From: Torpedo marmorata
Lineage: Eukaryota
NCBI GenBank assembly: GCA_977017645.1
Contig: OZ360223.1
Location: forward strand, 29,760,001 to 29,824,000
DNA: 64,000 nt
Reading direction: 5' to 3'
A model generated the notes under the pieces. The model did no database searches, was not told where the DNA came from, and was given only the letters and a program-made list of their open reading frames with translations. Both the position numbers and the translations under genes were made by a program. Within the stretch, counting starts at the first letter, position 1. Each line of letters begins with the position of its first letter. This document shows positions 1-13,200 of the stretch, piece by piece.

Positions 1-586
1 ACGAAGACATGTTCGGGGCGTCGGGAAGCTCGGATGGACAGGCGGCCCAGGCAAGGATCCGCGGTCAGGGCGTCGGGAGCTCCGGTCAGCGGGCGGCCCA
101 GGCAAGGATCCGCGGTCGGGGGGGCGTCGGGAGCTCTGGTGGGTGGGCGGCCCAGGCAAGGATCCGCGGTTGGGGCGTCGGGAGCTCCGGTGGGCGGGCG
201 GCCCAGGCAAGGAGCCGCGGTCGTCGGGAGCTCCGGTGGGCGGGCGGCCGAGGCGTCGGGAGCTCGCATGGGTGGGCGGTCAGGGCATCTGGAGCTCCGA
301 TGAGCGGGTGGCTGGTGCGTCGGGAGTTCAGATGGGCAGGCAGTCGGGGCGTCAGGAGCTCGGATGGGTGAGTTGTTTCATAAGGATGGGTTTCCCTTGA
401 ATTAGCTAGGACCAGAATCCAAGTAAATACAACTAGAGCTGGAAACAAGGTTTTAAACTGAAAATAATGGTGGTGGTAGTGGGGGTGGTAGCAGATATGC
501 GCGGCAGGATGAATCCGACTTACGACCAATCCGAGTTACGACCACTCCTTCGGTCCCAATTACGGTCGTAAGTCAAGGACTACCTG
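1..586. mobile_element. Right end of a Tigger/pogo-like non-autonomous DNA transposon
   Basis: Terminus ...ggtcgtaagtcaaggactacctg followed by TA (reverse complement CAGGTAGTCCTTGACTTACGACC, Tigger-type TIR) with subterminal ttacgacc repeats; left end lies outside the window. Confidence 0.6.
15..368 (+). repeat. GC-rich minisatellite, about 50-bp unit decaying into about 29-bp subunits
   Basis: Unit gggcgtcgggagctccggtgggcgggcggcccaggcaaggatccgcggt repeated about 4 times, then degenerate copies. Confidence 0.85.
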
Positions 587-1034
587 TATACCAATTCTAT
601 TTTAATGGGTCAGAGGCTAATGGGCTTCAATTAAAAGCCAAGCCAAATTATCCCTTTTCAATTTTGCATACTTTACATTCTCCAAACAGAAAAAAAAGAA
701 ACAATTAAAGTTTAAGCAGCAGGATTGTTTTTCTGGTTGAAACTGGCTTGATGTGCAACATTTTGTTATTATGACCAGTTCATTACCAGATAAGGAAGTA
801 GTTATTTAATTTTGTTGACTGAACATTAGGGTAAAGTTCAAATGCTGCAAAGACCCATTCAAATAATTCAAAAATTTAAGACAATCCAAATACATGAAGA
901 TTTCTAGGGCAATTAATTACAAGAGTTAACTGATATAGAACAATCCCAGAATTTATCAGCAGTTGTGAAATCCCAACAGCCAAGTGCCATAAGGGGCTGG
1001 TACTGATGCAGTCATGTTACGTTGCTATTGTTAC

Positions 1035-1238
1035 CTGCTCTGCTACAATCCACGGAGAAGCAGTTCTTCCGGCCAACGTTAGCAGCGGTGAGACCCGAAC
1101 CACTCGATACCACCTTGCTGCTATCAGATGAAAATTTGGGAAGAGCGCTGTAGGAGCTGACAGTTGTCGATTTAGTCACAGACTCTACCATAATCTGAGA
1201 GCTTTCATGTGGACCGCCACCACTAACTAGCCGAGGAC
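1035..1238 (-). CDS. FLNB: FLNB exon 45 equivalent (204 nt, hinge 2 and start of Ig24)
   Basis: tctag|GTCCT...GCAG|gtaaca; [26 protein letters not shown]...FSVDCSRA. Confidence 0.94.
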
Positions 1239-4200
1239 CTAGACAAGAAAGTTTTAAAAAAATAGGACATTTAGTCAACAAATATCTTTTGATCCCAATT
1301 AGAAATGTAAATGAACACTCAAATTAACTTCACTACTCCATTGTTTCAATACCAATTGAAGCTGAATATACAGCTGTCAATGAAGAACCACTGAACCCAG
1401 AATTGCTCAAAGGATCAGAATTAAGGTACACATATTTGGGGACTGACATTTGAAACCAAGGACGGCTTAATTGTCAGTCAGCAAAGGAAAACTGGGCTTA
1501 GAGCAAATTACGATTTGGGGAATAAAGTTGAGGAAAGGGGGGCAAATGGCGAGGCATAGACATCTAGGAGGAATGCGGGTTCAACAGCAAGTTTAGAGTC
1601 AAGTAGTGTTATAGCTCTAGGGAAACAATGGCAACAGAAGCTCATCTTAGCCTCAGGCAGTTGCAAAGAAGGGGGGGGGGTGGCGCGAGATAACTAATTC
1701 ATGGTGGCATTTTGATCAGACAAGCTGTGACAAGTTTGCCAAGTGCATTTCACTTCCATTATCTATATTTGGCAAGTAAAACAAGGGTTAGGCTCGTTAT
1801 TAAAAAGTGCTTCATTGCTGATCCAAGTGCGTCATTAATCAATTTTACAAAAGATGCATTTGCAGAGAATTAGACTGATATTTCAATTTCAAAGCACTTT
1901 ATTTCAAAGCCAATAAAATAAATTTGCAAGTGCAGTCACTGTAGCTTTGCAAGAGCCATCACTTTAGGCACAGGCTTCTACAAGAAATATGATCATGACT
2001 AAACTTGGAGATATAAATATTGACTTGGACACCAGAGATAATTCCCATCATCTTCAAGATAGCACTCTGGGATCTCAATCTGGACGATCCAAAAGAGATC
2101 ACACATGAAAACATGATCACACAGAAGGGCCCTTCTCAGAGCTTGTGATGCTGCCTTCAGGACAGGGTGTAGGATGGCACTAAGTTCAGCCAGGGCTGAA
2201 CTCTCCGGTGCAATCCGGAAGGCAAAGCGAGGGTAAGCACAGAAGATTCACAGACAGCTGTGCGACACAAGGCAGCGGGACCAGACAACATACCTGGTCG
2301 GATACTGAAAGACTGCGCAGACCAATTGGTGGAGGTCTTCACGAACATCTTCAACACCTCACTGCAGCAGTCCATCATTCCCGCAGGGTTCAAGACAGCC
2401 ACCATCATGGCAACAATAACAGGCTTCAATGACTACCGCCCTGTGGCATTGACCTCCACCATTATGAAATGCTTCGAGCGTTTGGTGATGGAACGCATCA
2501 AAGCACACCTTCCAGGGACACTGGATCCATTTCAATTTGCCTATAGAAGAAACCGTTCCACAGACGATGCTATAGCCTTGTCGCTTCACTCTGTCCTGGC
2601 CCACCTGGAGAACGACGCCTCATATGCTAGGCTGTTGTGTAAATTATGTGAAACAATCTCTTTCTAAGTGGTCTCCACTGGCTCTATCATTGATAGGTCG
2701 TATCAATGCTATTAAGATGATAATCTTACCTAAATGTTTGTATTTATTTCAAGCAGTTCCAGTTTTTATTCCAAAATCTTTTTTTGATAGTATTGATTCT
2801 AGAATATCCTCTTATATTTGGAATAAGAAGAATGCTAGATTAAGTAAATTTCATCTACAGAAACTAAAAAAAAGATGGTGGTATTGGGCAGTTAATATTC
2901 ATTATATTATTTTTTGGATTTACTATTACGATAAATCCGAACGCCCCTTGTGGGTAGAATTGGAATTGAACTCTGTGCAGATACTCGGTTGCTTCCTTAT
3001 TGGGAGCGGTTCTTCCCTTTGTATTTTCTAAGGTTAGTAGACATACTCTTAATCCAATACTTAAACGCACATTACGGATTTGGTTTCATTTTCGGAGGTT
3101 TTTTGATCTTAAAAAGTTTGTTCTATCCAGTACTATTTCTCTTAATTATTTTTTAACCATCTATAATTGATCAAGCCTTTACCATTTGGAAAACTAAAGG
3201 ACTTGTTTCTTTTTCAGCTTTGTTTATAGATGGTAATTTGATGTCTTTTGAATACCTATCAAATAAATACAACATACCAAAATCACTTCTTTTTTTTTTT
3301 AAGATTTCTCCAAATTAGAAATTTTTTGAATACTATATTGCCTAATTTTCCAACATCCTATCAATCGGGTTTGATTGATACTTTCTTTCATTTGAACCCT
3401 ACTCATAAGGGTTTAATAGATAATATTTATAATAAGTTATTGAGATCGCAATCTAATTTTAATGATAAAATTAAAAAAGCTTGGGAGGTAGAACTTCAGT
3501 TGCATCTCTCAGAGGAAATATGGGAGAAGATTTTTGGCTTGGTTAATACCTCTTCAATATGTGCCCGACACTCTTTAATCCAGTTTAAAGTGGTTCATCG
3601 AGCTCATCTGTCGAAAGACAGGTTGGCTTGTATTTTTCCTAACGTTAATCCTATCTGTGATAGATGTAAACTGGAGGTGGCTTCTTTATCTCATATGTTC
3701 TGGTCGTGCTCTATGTTGGAAAGATATTGGAGGGATATATTTAAGTCCTTATCAACTATACTAGATGTTAGTTTACAACCTAACCCATTGACTGCTCTTT
3801 TTGGAATAATAGTTTTAGATGTGGGACAAATTCCCACTTCTACACAGAGGTTTGTAGCTTTCTCTACCTTATTAGCTAGAAGAGCCATTTTGTTTAAATG
3901 GAAAGATCCTAACCCACCTATTTTAATTCAATGGCTCTCTCACATTATGTCATGTTTGAGTTTAGAGAAAATAAGGAGTCATACATTTGATGCATTTGTT
4001 AAATTTGAGGAGACTTGGAGACCATTTTTAAATTACTTTCGCATGATTTAACTATTCTGGACAATTGTTATATTTATTTTTTCCTTCTCTTTTTACTACG
4101 GTGTACATCAGCTGACGGACTTTATTTACCAATAAACTTTCAAGATAGACTGCCCAGTTTTTTTTGTTCTGTTTTATTTAGATTACGTGGGGTTTTGTAG

Positions 4201-7200
4201 GGAAAAAAAAAAATTCTTCTCTTTTTGCTTTTTGTTTTTTTCTTCTTCATCTCTTTGAAAAATTCGGTTTGAGGAGATGAGAAACTATTAGAATATATTG
4301 GTTAATTATGATATAAGGCAGATTATTATTGTACTGATTTTTTTTTTAATGTATGTATTCTTATTGTCCTCATATTTTGATCACTTATTAAAATATGTTA
4401 GTGAGAAAGGGAGAAGAGGAGATCGGAGAAAATTATATATAAATGATCTATATTTGTTGTACCGAAGATATATCTCTATAGTTACTTACTGTTAAATTGT
4501 ACTCATTCTGTGCAACAGTGCCTTTTTAATTTTAATTTCTGTATTGTAATTTTTACAAAATCAATAAAAAGATTGAAAAGGAAAGAAAAATCTTGTGAAA
4601 TGGTGCGAGAGTAACAACCTGAGTCTCAACATGGACAAGACAAAGGAGATTATCATGGACTTCAGGGAGGACCAGGAACGACCACCCTCCACTACACATC
4701 CACAACTCTGTAGTAGAGAGTGTGGAGAGCACCAAGTTCCTTGGAGTTCACTTAAATAGTGACCTATGGTGGACACTCAACATCTCCTCACTTGTCAGGA
4801 AGGTGCAATAGCGACTGCACTTCCTGAGAAGACTGAAGCGGGCAAGGCTACAGGCCACCATTATGTCAACCTTCTATAGGAGTTCTATCGAGAGTGTCCT
4901 GGCCGGCTACATCACAGTTATGGTACGGTTGCTGCAGAGAAATGGATCGGAGGTCAATCCACAGGACCATAAGAGTGGCAAAGAGCATCACTGGAGTCTC
5001 CCTCCCTCTCATCGACGTGATCTACCAGGATCGTTGTCTGAAGAGGGCGCGCAAAATCATTGAGGACCCTGTCCACCCTGTACACAGTATCTTTCAGCTG
5101 CTCACGTCGGGGAAGAGATACAGGAGTATCAGAGCCAGCACCACCAGGCTGAGAAACAGCTTCTTCCCACGGGCAGTGAGAATGCTGAACGACCAAAGGA
5201 ACTGCTCACACTAACCATCCGAGACTCTTATTTGTACAAAACAATATTTTTTTTTTATATATCTAATACTTGTCCTGCATATGTTTTATTTTTGTGTGTT
5301 ATGTCTGGTTGTGTGTCTGCATGTTTTTGCACCGAGGACCGGAGAACTATTTGAGCGCCCGTGATTCAGCGCCTCTGATTCATCGGGTTGTACTTGTACA
5401 ATCAGATGACAAAAATTTGACTTGAAAAATCCAACATTTTCTCATTATTGCAATATAGCATCAACTGAACTGGTAACTTTTGGCCCAGATCTTTTCACTA
5501 AGTTACAGTTGATAATTTAAAAAACGACATCAAAATCCAATCATCAATTTGGGTATGAGAAAGGCCGAGAAAGGAGTGGGAAGCAGTAAACTGAAACTCT
5601 GTAAGGGGGAGGGGAGAAAGACACCAGGTTTTTTTTTTTAAATCCAACATCAGTCATGAAACAAATCTTAAGATAAAACAACGGACCCAATAGATTTACT
5701 ATGCAGTCCACCAGCAAACCTTAAGTTTTCTACAGTTGACTAATTGAAGCCATGCTGAAATAGCTCAGATGTACAACAAACATTTTCACCCTCAATTCCT
5801 CAAGAAACCAACATTTTTGTAAATAAACCATTTAGAATTTGCAACATCTTACCCCACCATAATATCTGCCAAGGAAATACCCAACAGAACATCACATCAC
5901 AGGAACAGGCCTTGTAACCCACAATGTCTGTGCAGACAATTGTGCCTATTTAAACTGCAGATCTGCCTGTATACTGTCCATATCCCTCCCATTCCCTGTT
6001 TGCTCATGTGCCTACCTGAATGCCTCATCTCCTTCCACCATCACCCCTGACAGCACATTGCAGGCACCTACCACTGTGTAAAATAAACCTGCCTTGTAAA
6101 TCTCACTTAAACTTTCCTTCTTACCTTAAAGCTATGCTCCCGTACATATTTGACTTTTAGTACTTGTGCCTCTTCATGTAATATACTTCTCTTAGGCCAA
6201 CTCTCAGCCTCCAACACTCCAGAATCCAAGTTTGTCTCACTTCCCCATATTGCTAATCCAGTGACATCTTGATGAACCTCCTCTGCACCTTCTCTAAAGC
6301 CACCATATCCTTTCTGTAGTGCAGTGACTAGAACTGCACACAGTATTGCAAGTGTAGCCGAAGCAACTTTTTTAAATGAAGCTGCAACGTGACTTTCATA
6401 CTGAACACCTCATCTGATGAAGACAGACACGTCATATGCCTCATCTATTTTTGTTATCACTTTCAGGTAGCTAAGGACATGCACCCCAAACTCCTTCTGT
6501 ACATCAATACTCCCGAGGGTCCTGCCATTCACTGTATACTTTTCCCTTACAATCGACCTCTCAACCTACAATACCTCACATTTATTCAGATTAAACTCCA
6601 TCTGCCATTTCTCTACCAACATTTCCAATTAATCTACATCCTACTGAATCCTTTGACAAGCTTGCTCGCTTTTCACAACTACAGAATATTGTGTTGTCTG
6701 GAAAACTTACTAATCAGCCCACCCACATTTTCATCCAAATCATTTAAATACAGAGATAAAGGTAAATATTACAGGCATTGTAAGAGAGGGAATGGAAAAT
6801 AAAGTATCATTATATGCAGATGACCTGCTGCTGTTTGTTTCAGATCCGAAAAATTCTGTTCCAGTGATTTTACAATTACTGGATAGATTTGTAAGTTTAT
6901 CGGGATATAAATTGAATTTAGTTAAAAGCGAATTAATGGTGATAAAATCACCTCATGTACTACCATTTAAGTTCCTTTTAAGGTAGTTAAAAATATTTAA
7001 CATATCTTGGGGTTAACATTACAGTGAAATTTGATCATCTATATAAAGAGAATTTTCTTCCTCTATTGAATAAAGTTAAAAATTTATCTAAAGGGTGGTC
7101 TCTGTTAATGATGTCATTAATTGGTCGTATAAACATTATAAAAATGAATATTTTACCTAAATGTTTGTATGTATTCCAAGTACTTCCAGTATTTCTCCCT

Positions 7201-10200
7201 AAAGTATTTTTTGATCAAATAGACTCTTTAATTTCATCTTTTATTTGGAATGGTAAAAGACCAAGAGTAAGAAAGGAAGTACGACAAAATGACAAACCAC
7301 AGGGTGGTTTTGCTTTACCTAATTTCAGGAATTATAATTGGGCTGCTAACATTAGATTTATTAATATTTGGATACATTTTAAGAATTATCAAGAAAGATT
7401 TAAATGGATGAAATCAGAAATGAAGGTTATAGGTAAACATTCGCTAGTATCTAGATTAGGAATGCCTTCACCCTTTAAATATTCCAAAGTTTCTAATAAC
7501 AAGATAGTTAAACAAATGTTAAAAATATGGTTCCAATTCAGAAAAGCAAATAATTTCCTTAATTTCTTGCTTGATAGTACAATAAATTTCAAATTTTTTA
7601 CCCCAGCTAGTGGGGATAGAGGGTTCCAGATTTGGCAAGATCACGGTGTATGTTCATTTAAAGACTTGTTTAGATTCTAATTTTATTACTTTTGAACAGA
7701 TGGTTAATAAGTATAACTTATCTAGAAACAATTATTTTAGATAATTTCAAGTTAGGAATTTTATAAACTCCTTGAGATTGGAGTTTCCTTTAGATTTAAA
7801 GTTAGTAATCATGGAAAAGGTTTTTACTATCACTCCTGATATACCAAAACCATTGTCAGTATTTTATAACCTTTTAAAAGAAAATGTGATACAGCATGTG
7901 GATAAAATAAAGGAGGCTTGGGAAAGAGATTTTTTGGAAGTTTTTTCACCTTCAGTGTGGTCCAATATTTTGGACCGTATCCATACCTCTTCATTATGTG
8001 CAAGACATAATTTAATTCAATTCAAAGTAGTTCACAGAGCTCATTACTCGAAATCTTTACTGGCTAAATTTTCATCAAATATATTATATATGTGTGATAT
8101 ATGTAATGTTAATGAAGGTACATTATTTCACATGTTTTGGTTGTGCCCTAAGTTAGTTAGATTTTGGAACAAAATATTTTGCACTCTCTGGTTTTAGCTA
8201 CTCAATTAGATCCAAATCCATTTATATACAGCAATATTTGGTATAAATGATCCTAGTAATCATGATCTTACTAATAATCAAAAACATGTGATTGCTTTTT
8301 CTTCTCTGGTTGCAAGGCGACAGATCTTGCTAAAATGGAAGGATGGTAATCCTCCTATATATGAAGATTGGTTATCAAGTTTAATGTCGTATTTAACATT
8401 AGAAAAAATTAGATGTTCAAATATTAAATTAAATCTAAAATTTACTAATATTTGGGGTTCCTTTATCGACTATTATCAGAGGTTATGATTCCTCATGATT
8501 TGAAGTTATATTATCTCTACAGGTCAGTGCAATTCTGGGGTGGGGGTAGGTGGTAGGCTAGTTTAGATTGCTTTAGCTTTTATAAAAAAATGTATTACGA
8601 TGAAATTACTATGGTTTTTTTTGTGGCTTGGTTCTTTTTATACCTATTGGTATTATAATACTAAATTGTAAAGAAAAAAATTGATATATATTTGTAATGT
8701 ATACTCTGTTTTAGATGGATAAATGGAACATGTGATAATGCTTTTCTTTGCTTTTTCTCTGTAAATGTACCGGTATATAGTGAATGAACTGTTATATCCA
8801 TGATTTTATGGAATTAATAAAGAGATTTAAAAAAGAAAGAAGAGATAAAGGTGCCAGCATTTACCCTTGCAGAAAACCACTGGTCACAATAACCAGTCAG
8901 AATGATATCCCCTTTCCCACTACACCAAGGCCAAGCCAATCCAATCTACCAAATTGCCATGATCCCATGTGCCTTAATCTTCCGATCAGCCCACCATGAT
9001 AGACCTCGTCAAAAAAATTTAAAGTTCCCATATATAACATCCACTGCCTCAAATGTCAATCAAGTTTATAACGACACGATTTGCCCCACACACCATGCTG
9101 ATTCTCCCTGATGTGCTTCTGCTTTTCAAATAGATCCCATCTCCACAAATCTTCTCCAATAATTTCCCAACCATTAACACAGCCTGTAGTTTCCTGGTTT
9201 GTTCCTATTGCCCTTAAAACAGGAACATTGGCTATTCTCCAATCCTTTGAGACCTAGCCTGTTGCTAAAGGATCTCTGTCAAGGGGCCAGCAATCTCTTG
9301 CCCCTCTCAATAATGTAGGATGGATTCCATCAGGTCCCGGAGACTTATCCACCTCAAGTCTGAGAGGATACACTTAATGTTCTTCATATCAACAGGCCCT
9401 AGAATATCAGAATTGCCCTTCTAGATCTCACTATCCTCTATGTCCTCCTTGGTGAATACCAACACAAAATACTAGTTCCGTACCTCACCCACTTCCTCCA
9501 TCTCCAGGCACAGATTCCTCCCTTTGTCCTCGAGTGGTCCTGCCCTCTCCCTGGTTACTACTTGCAACTTAAAAATTCTCTAGCTAGTTTTAGATTAGTT
9601 GCACCTAATATTCTTAGACCCACAAAAGTTGCACCTAAAGTCACTCAAATCAGGCTATTTTGAATTTGAAACTGCCAAATTTTAGGTGTTCATTATACAC
9701 AAGGCTCAAAATGAAAATAAAAGCAATCAAATGTTCCACCATTAAAAGCAATGGTTATTTATTTTCTACCAAATGGCTTTCAGAAAGCCATCTAAACAAT
9801 TAAATTCATGTTCCATCTAATATTGAGAAAAAATATCTGCAGCACATCTTGATAATATCATGTATTTAAATTGAAGTCTTGGTGTCACTAGTACTGTAAA
9901 CTATGATCCAAATAAGATCAGTAGAACACTACTTTCAGTCATGGCCACAGCACTAAGAGTTACAAGCATTTGTTGAAAGAGTGCAGAGGTCCCTCCAGGC
10001 ACTTAATTCAACTGAATAATAAATTATATTAACCAGAGTTTGACTGCTCATAAATTCTAAAACACTTCTCTTAAAAAGGACTTTTAAATGAAGTCCACAT
10101 TAGGAACTTGAAATCAAAGTCCTTTCTTTCAAAGTTTTAACATTTGCTGAGACAAAAACTGGTAATAGTACAATTGCATAAAAGTCAAGCTGACATGCAT

Positions 10201-13200
10201 CACTGGCTGCACGTCTAATGTGGAATGCTTGGTGTCACGCTGGTAACGCAAACAGTCTTGCGTCCCGATCAAGTTACCTGTTACTTTTGCCTTGAAAGGA
10301 CTACCCGCAATGTGGTAGGGTCCACCATATTTAATTCCGATTTGGTAGTCCCCTGGTGCCATTGGTGTGTACAAGACTTTGTACCCTTCAGGGCAGTCTT
10401 GGCAGTCCATCTTCACCTTAGACGGCCCATCAATTGCAACAGTAAGCGAGCCTGGGCTAGCATTAGCAGTTTTTACAACAAATTCAGACTGGACACCTGT
10501 GATCAAAGAATGTGATATGTGTTATACATTAAGTACCTTGTATCCAAGAGCCAGTCTCCTCTCAGCAGCACAACCAAATACCATTCAAAATACATCAATA
10601 ATCAACACCTACATTTTAAATCTCAGTTATTGTAAAATTATTAATTAGTGGTTTAGAAAAACTAGCATTGATCATTTGCTTTGTTTTACAGTTTTGCATC
10701 ATCAATTAATTTTTGCCTTCCCTGATGTCCTGAAGCACATGCCTACTTGAATAATCTGTGGTAATGCAATTGCAACAGGAAAAGCCTCATCTGGGTCTCC
10801 ACCTACTCACCTTCCCAAGAGGGATACTCGAGCATAAATTTCCCGTTTTAACAATCTAAACAGTGTGGGCAATTTAAGCCAGTCACTCTAACTTAACAGC
10901 AAACAAATCATAACATGTACAAAAGGCATTGAAAACAAATTTATTCTCTTGAAGTTTTGTCAAAAGACCTTGCGCACCAGCTTCAAGCTACTTTGTACTA
11001 ACCATTTGCGAATTATAAATTACAACAGTTTTGAAATCTAGTTAAATATTTGTTTTACCATTCAAGTGTATGGCATTAGATTTCTAAATAAGATTCAAAA
11101 ATAGCTTTAAAGATAGGAAGCCATTCAAAAGTCTCAGCCATATTTGCTGACACTCATAAAAATAGCCCTAGAAATTCACAAAGTGGCTTTGTATTGCTGT
11201 AAAGCTCTCATGTACACTGCCATCTCCATACTCATAAGTTTGTTTATTCCAACAAGAATAAACAAACGTACAATGGTTCTTGATTGAGCTGAACCAGCCA
11301 TTAGATAGGAAGCTGAACTAAGTTTAGTCATTGGAACAGCAATCTGTTTTCAAGAGATAAGTCAGAGGGTCAGGGAAAAGATGACTACAATATGCAAAAT
11401 ACATTAATCTTCAAGCCAGCTGTTTTAGAGAAAAAAAATCAAGGTAACCTTCTGTAAACAGCTCGCATTCACACTTGAATAGTTCCCAACATTCCCAGTT
11501 TAGCATTGAAATTTACAAATAACAATTTGTCACCACCCACGGTGGAAGAACCCATGAAATAGAGAAACACGAAGTTAATGGTTAAAATTTAGATTTTTCT
11601 TCCAGTTTTAGCTAATATCCAATCCTTAATCAACATTTCAAATAGAGCTCGATGCAAATCAAGTATTACTGCATGATGGGTGTGATGCACGAAAATCCAG
11701 TTGCTGTGATTGTAGTTTAAAAAAAAAATGCTGGAGGAACTCAGCAGGTCACGCAGTGTCCATAGGAGGTAAAGATATACAATCAACGTTTTGGGCCTGA
11801 GACAGAAAGGTTGGTTTATATACTTTTATATCGCTCCACAGCAGATGCAATATCGCTGGCTCTCCACTCAGCTCTGGATCACCTCGAAAACAGCAATTCA
11901 TACATACGGCTGCTCTTCATCGACTACAGCTTGGCCTTCAATACCATTAAACCCTCAGTGCTGGTCAAGAAGCTACAAACTCTCGGCCTCTGTACCCCCC
12001 TCTGCAACTGGATTCTTGACTTTCTCATCGGAAGACCACAGTCAGTACGAATTGGAAACAACGTCTCCTCCTCACTGATTATCAACACAGGTGCACCCCA
12101 AGGATGCGTGCTTAGTCCACTGCTCCACTCGTTATACACCCATGACTGTGTGGCCAGGCACAATTCCACTGCCATCTACAAGTCTGCCGATGACACCACA
12201 GTTGTCGGCAGAATCACAAACGGCAATGAGGAAGCATACAGGAGGGAGATAGATCAGCTCGTTGAATGGTGTAACGACAACAACCTTGCGCTCAACATCA
12301 GTAAAACCAAGGAGATGATTGTGGACTTCAGGAGGAAGTCAGGGGAACACGATCCAGTCCTCATCAAGGGTCAAGAACTTCAAATTCCTGGGTGTCAACA
12401 TCTCCGAGGATCTATCCTGGAGCCTCCACGTTGATGCAATCACAAAGAAAGCTTGCCAGCGGCTATGTGAGGTGTCTGAGGAGATTCGGTATGTCACCGA
12501 AGACTCTCGTAAACTTCTACAGGTGTACCGTGGAGAGCATTCTGGCTGGTTGCATCTCTGCCTGGTATGGAGGCGCCAACTCTCAGGACAAGAGTAAACT
12601 CCAGAGTGTTGCTAACTTGACCTGTGACATCACAGGCACCAGACTTCACTCCATCGAGGACATCTACATGAGGCAGTGTCTTAAAAAAGCAGCCTCTATC
12701 CTCAAAGACCCCCACCACCCAGGCCATGCCCTCTTCACTCTGCTACCATCGGGAAAAAGGTACAGGAGCCTAAAGACGAGCACTCAACGGCACAAGGACA
12801 GCTTCTTCCCCGCTGCCATCAGATTCCTGAATAATCAATGAACCAAAGACACTGCCTTACTTTTCGTGCACTATTATTTATATTTTTTTATGTAATATCG
12901 TAAGATGGTTATTATATGAATTCTTGCACTATGATGCTGCCGCAGAACACCGAATTTCATGACTTGTTTGTGACAATAAATTCTGATTATACGTCCAATG
13001 GACGCTGCATGACACGCTGAGTTCTTCCAGTATTTTTGTGTTTGTACGATTACTACACGACTATAACTTTGATTGTAATTTGGATACACTGAAAATGCTA
13101 TGATATAAATGCATCATTACATGACAGTTCTTTACTGCAAGACCACAAGGAGGTAATTTCATGCAAGGCATAAAACCAAAAGGTTAAAAGAAATATAGAT

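Noticed and set aside
15-368. Regularly spaced repeats resembling a CRISPR array
   Set aside because: Head-to-tail tandem units with no unique spacers, no cas genes, and a vertebrate intron context.
9-529. Overlapping GC-rich ORFs of 85-147 aa
   Set aside because: Translations of a minisatellite inside a DNA transposon; repetitive peptides with no protein signature.
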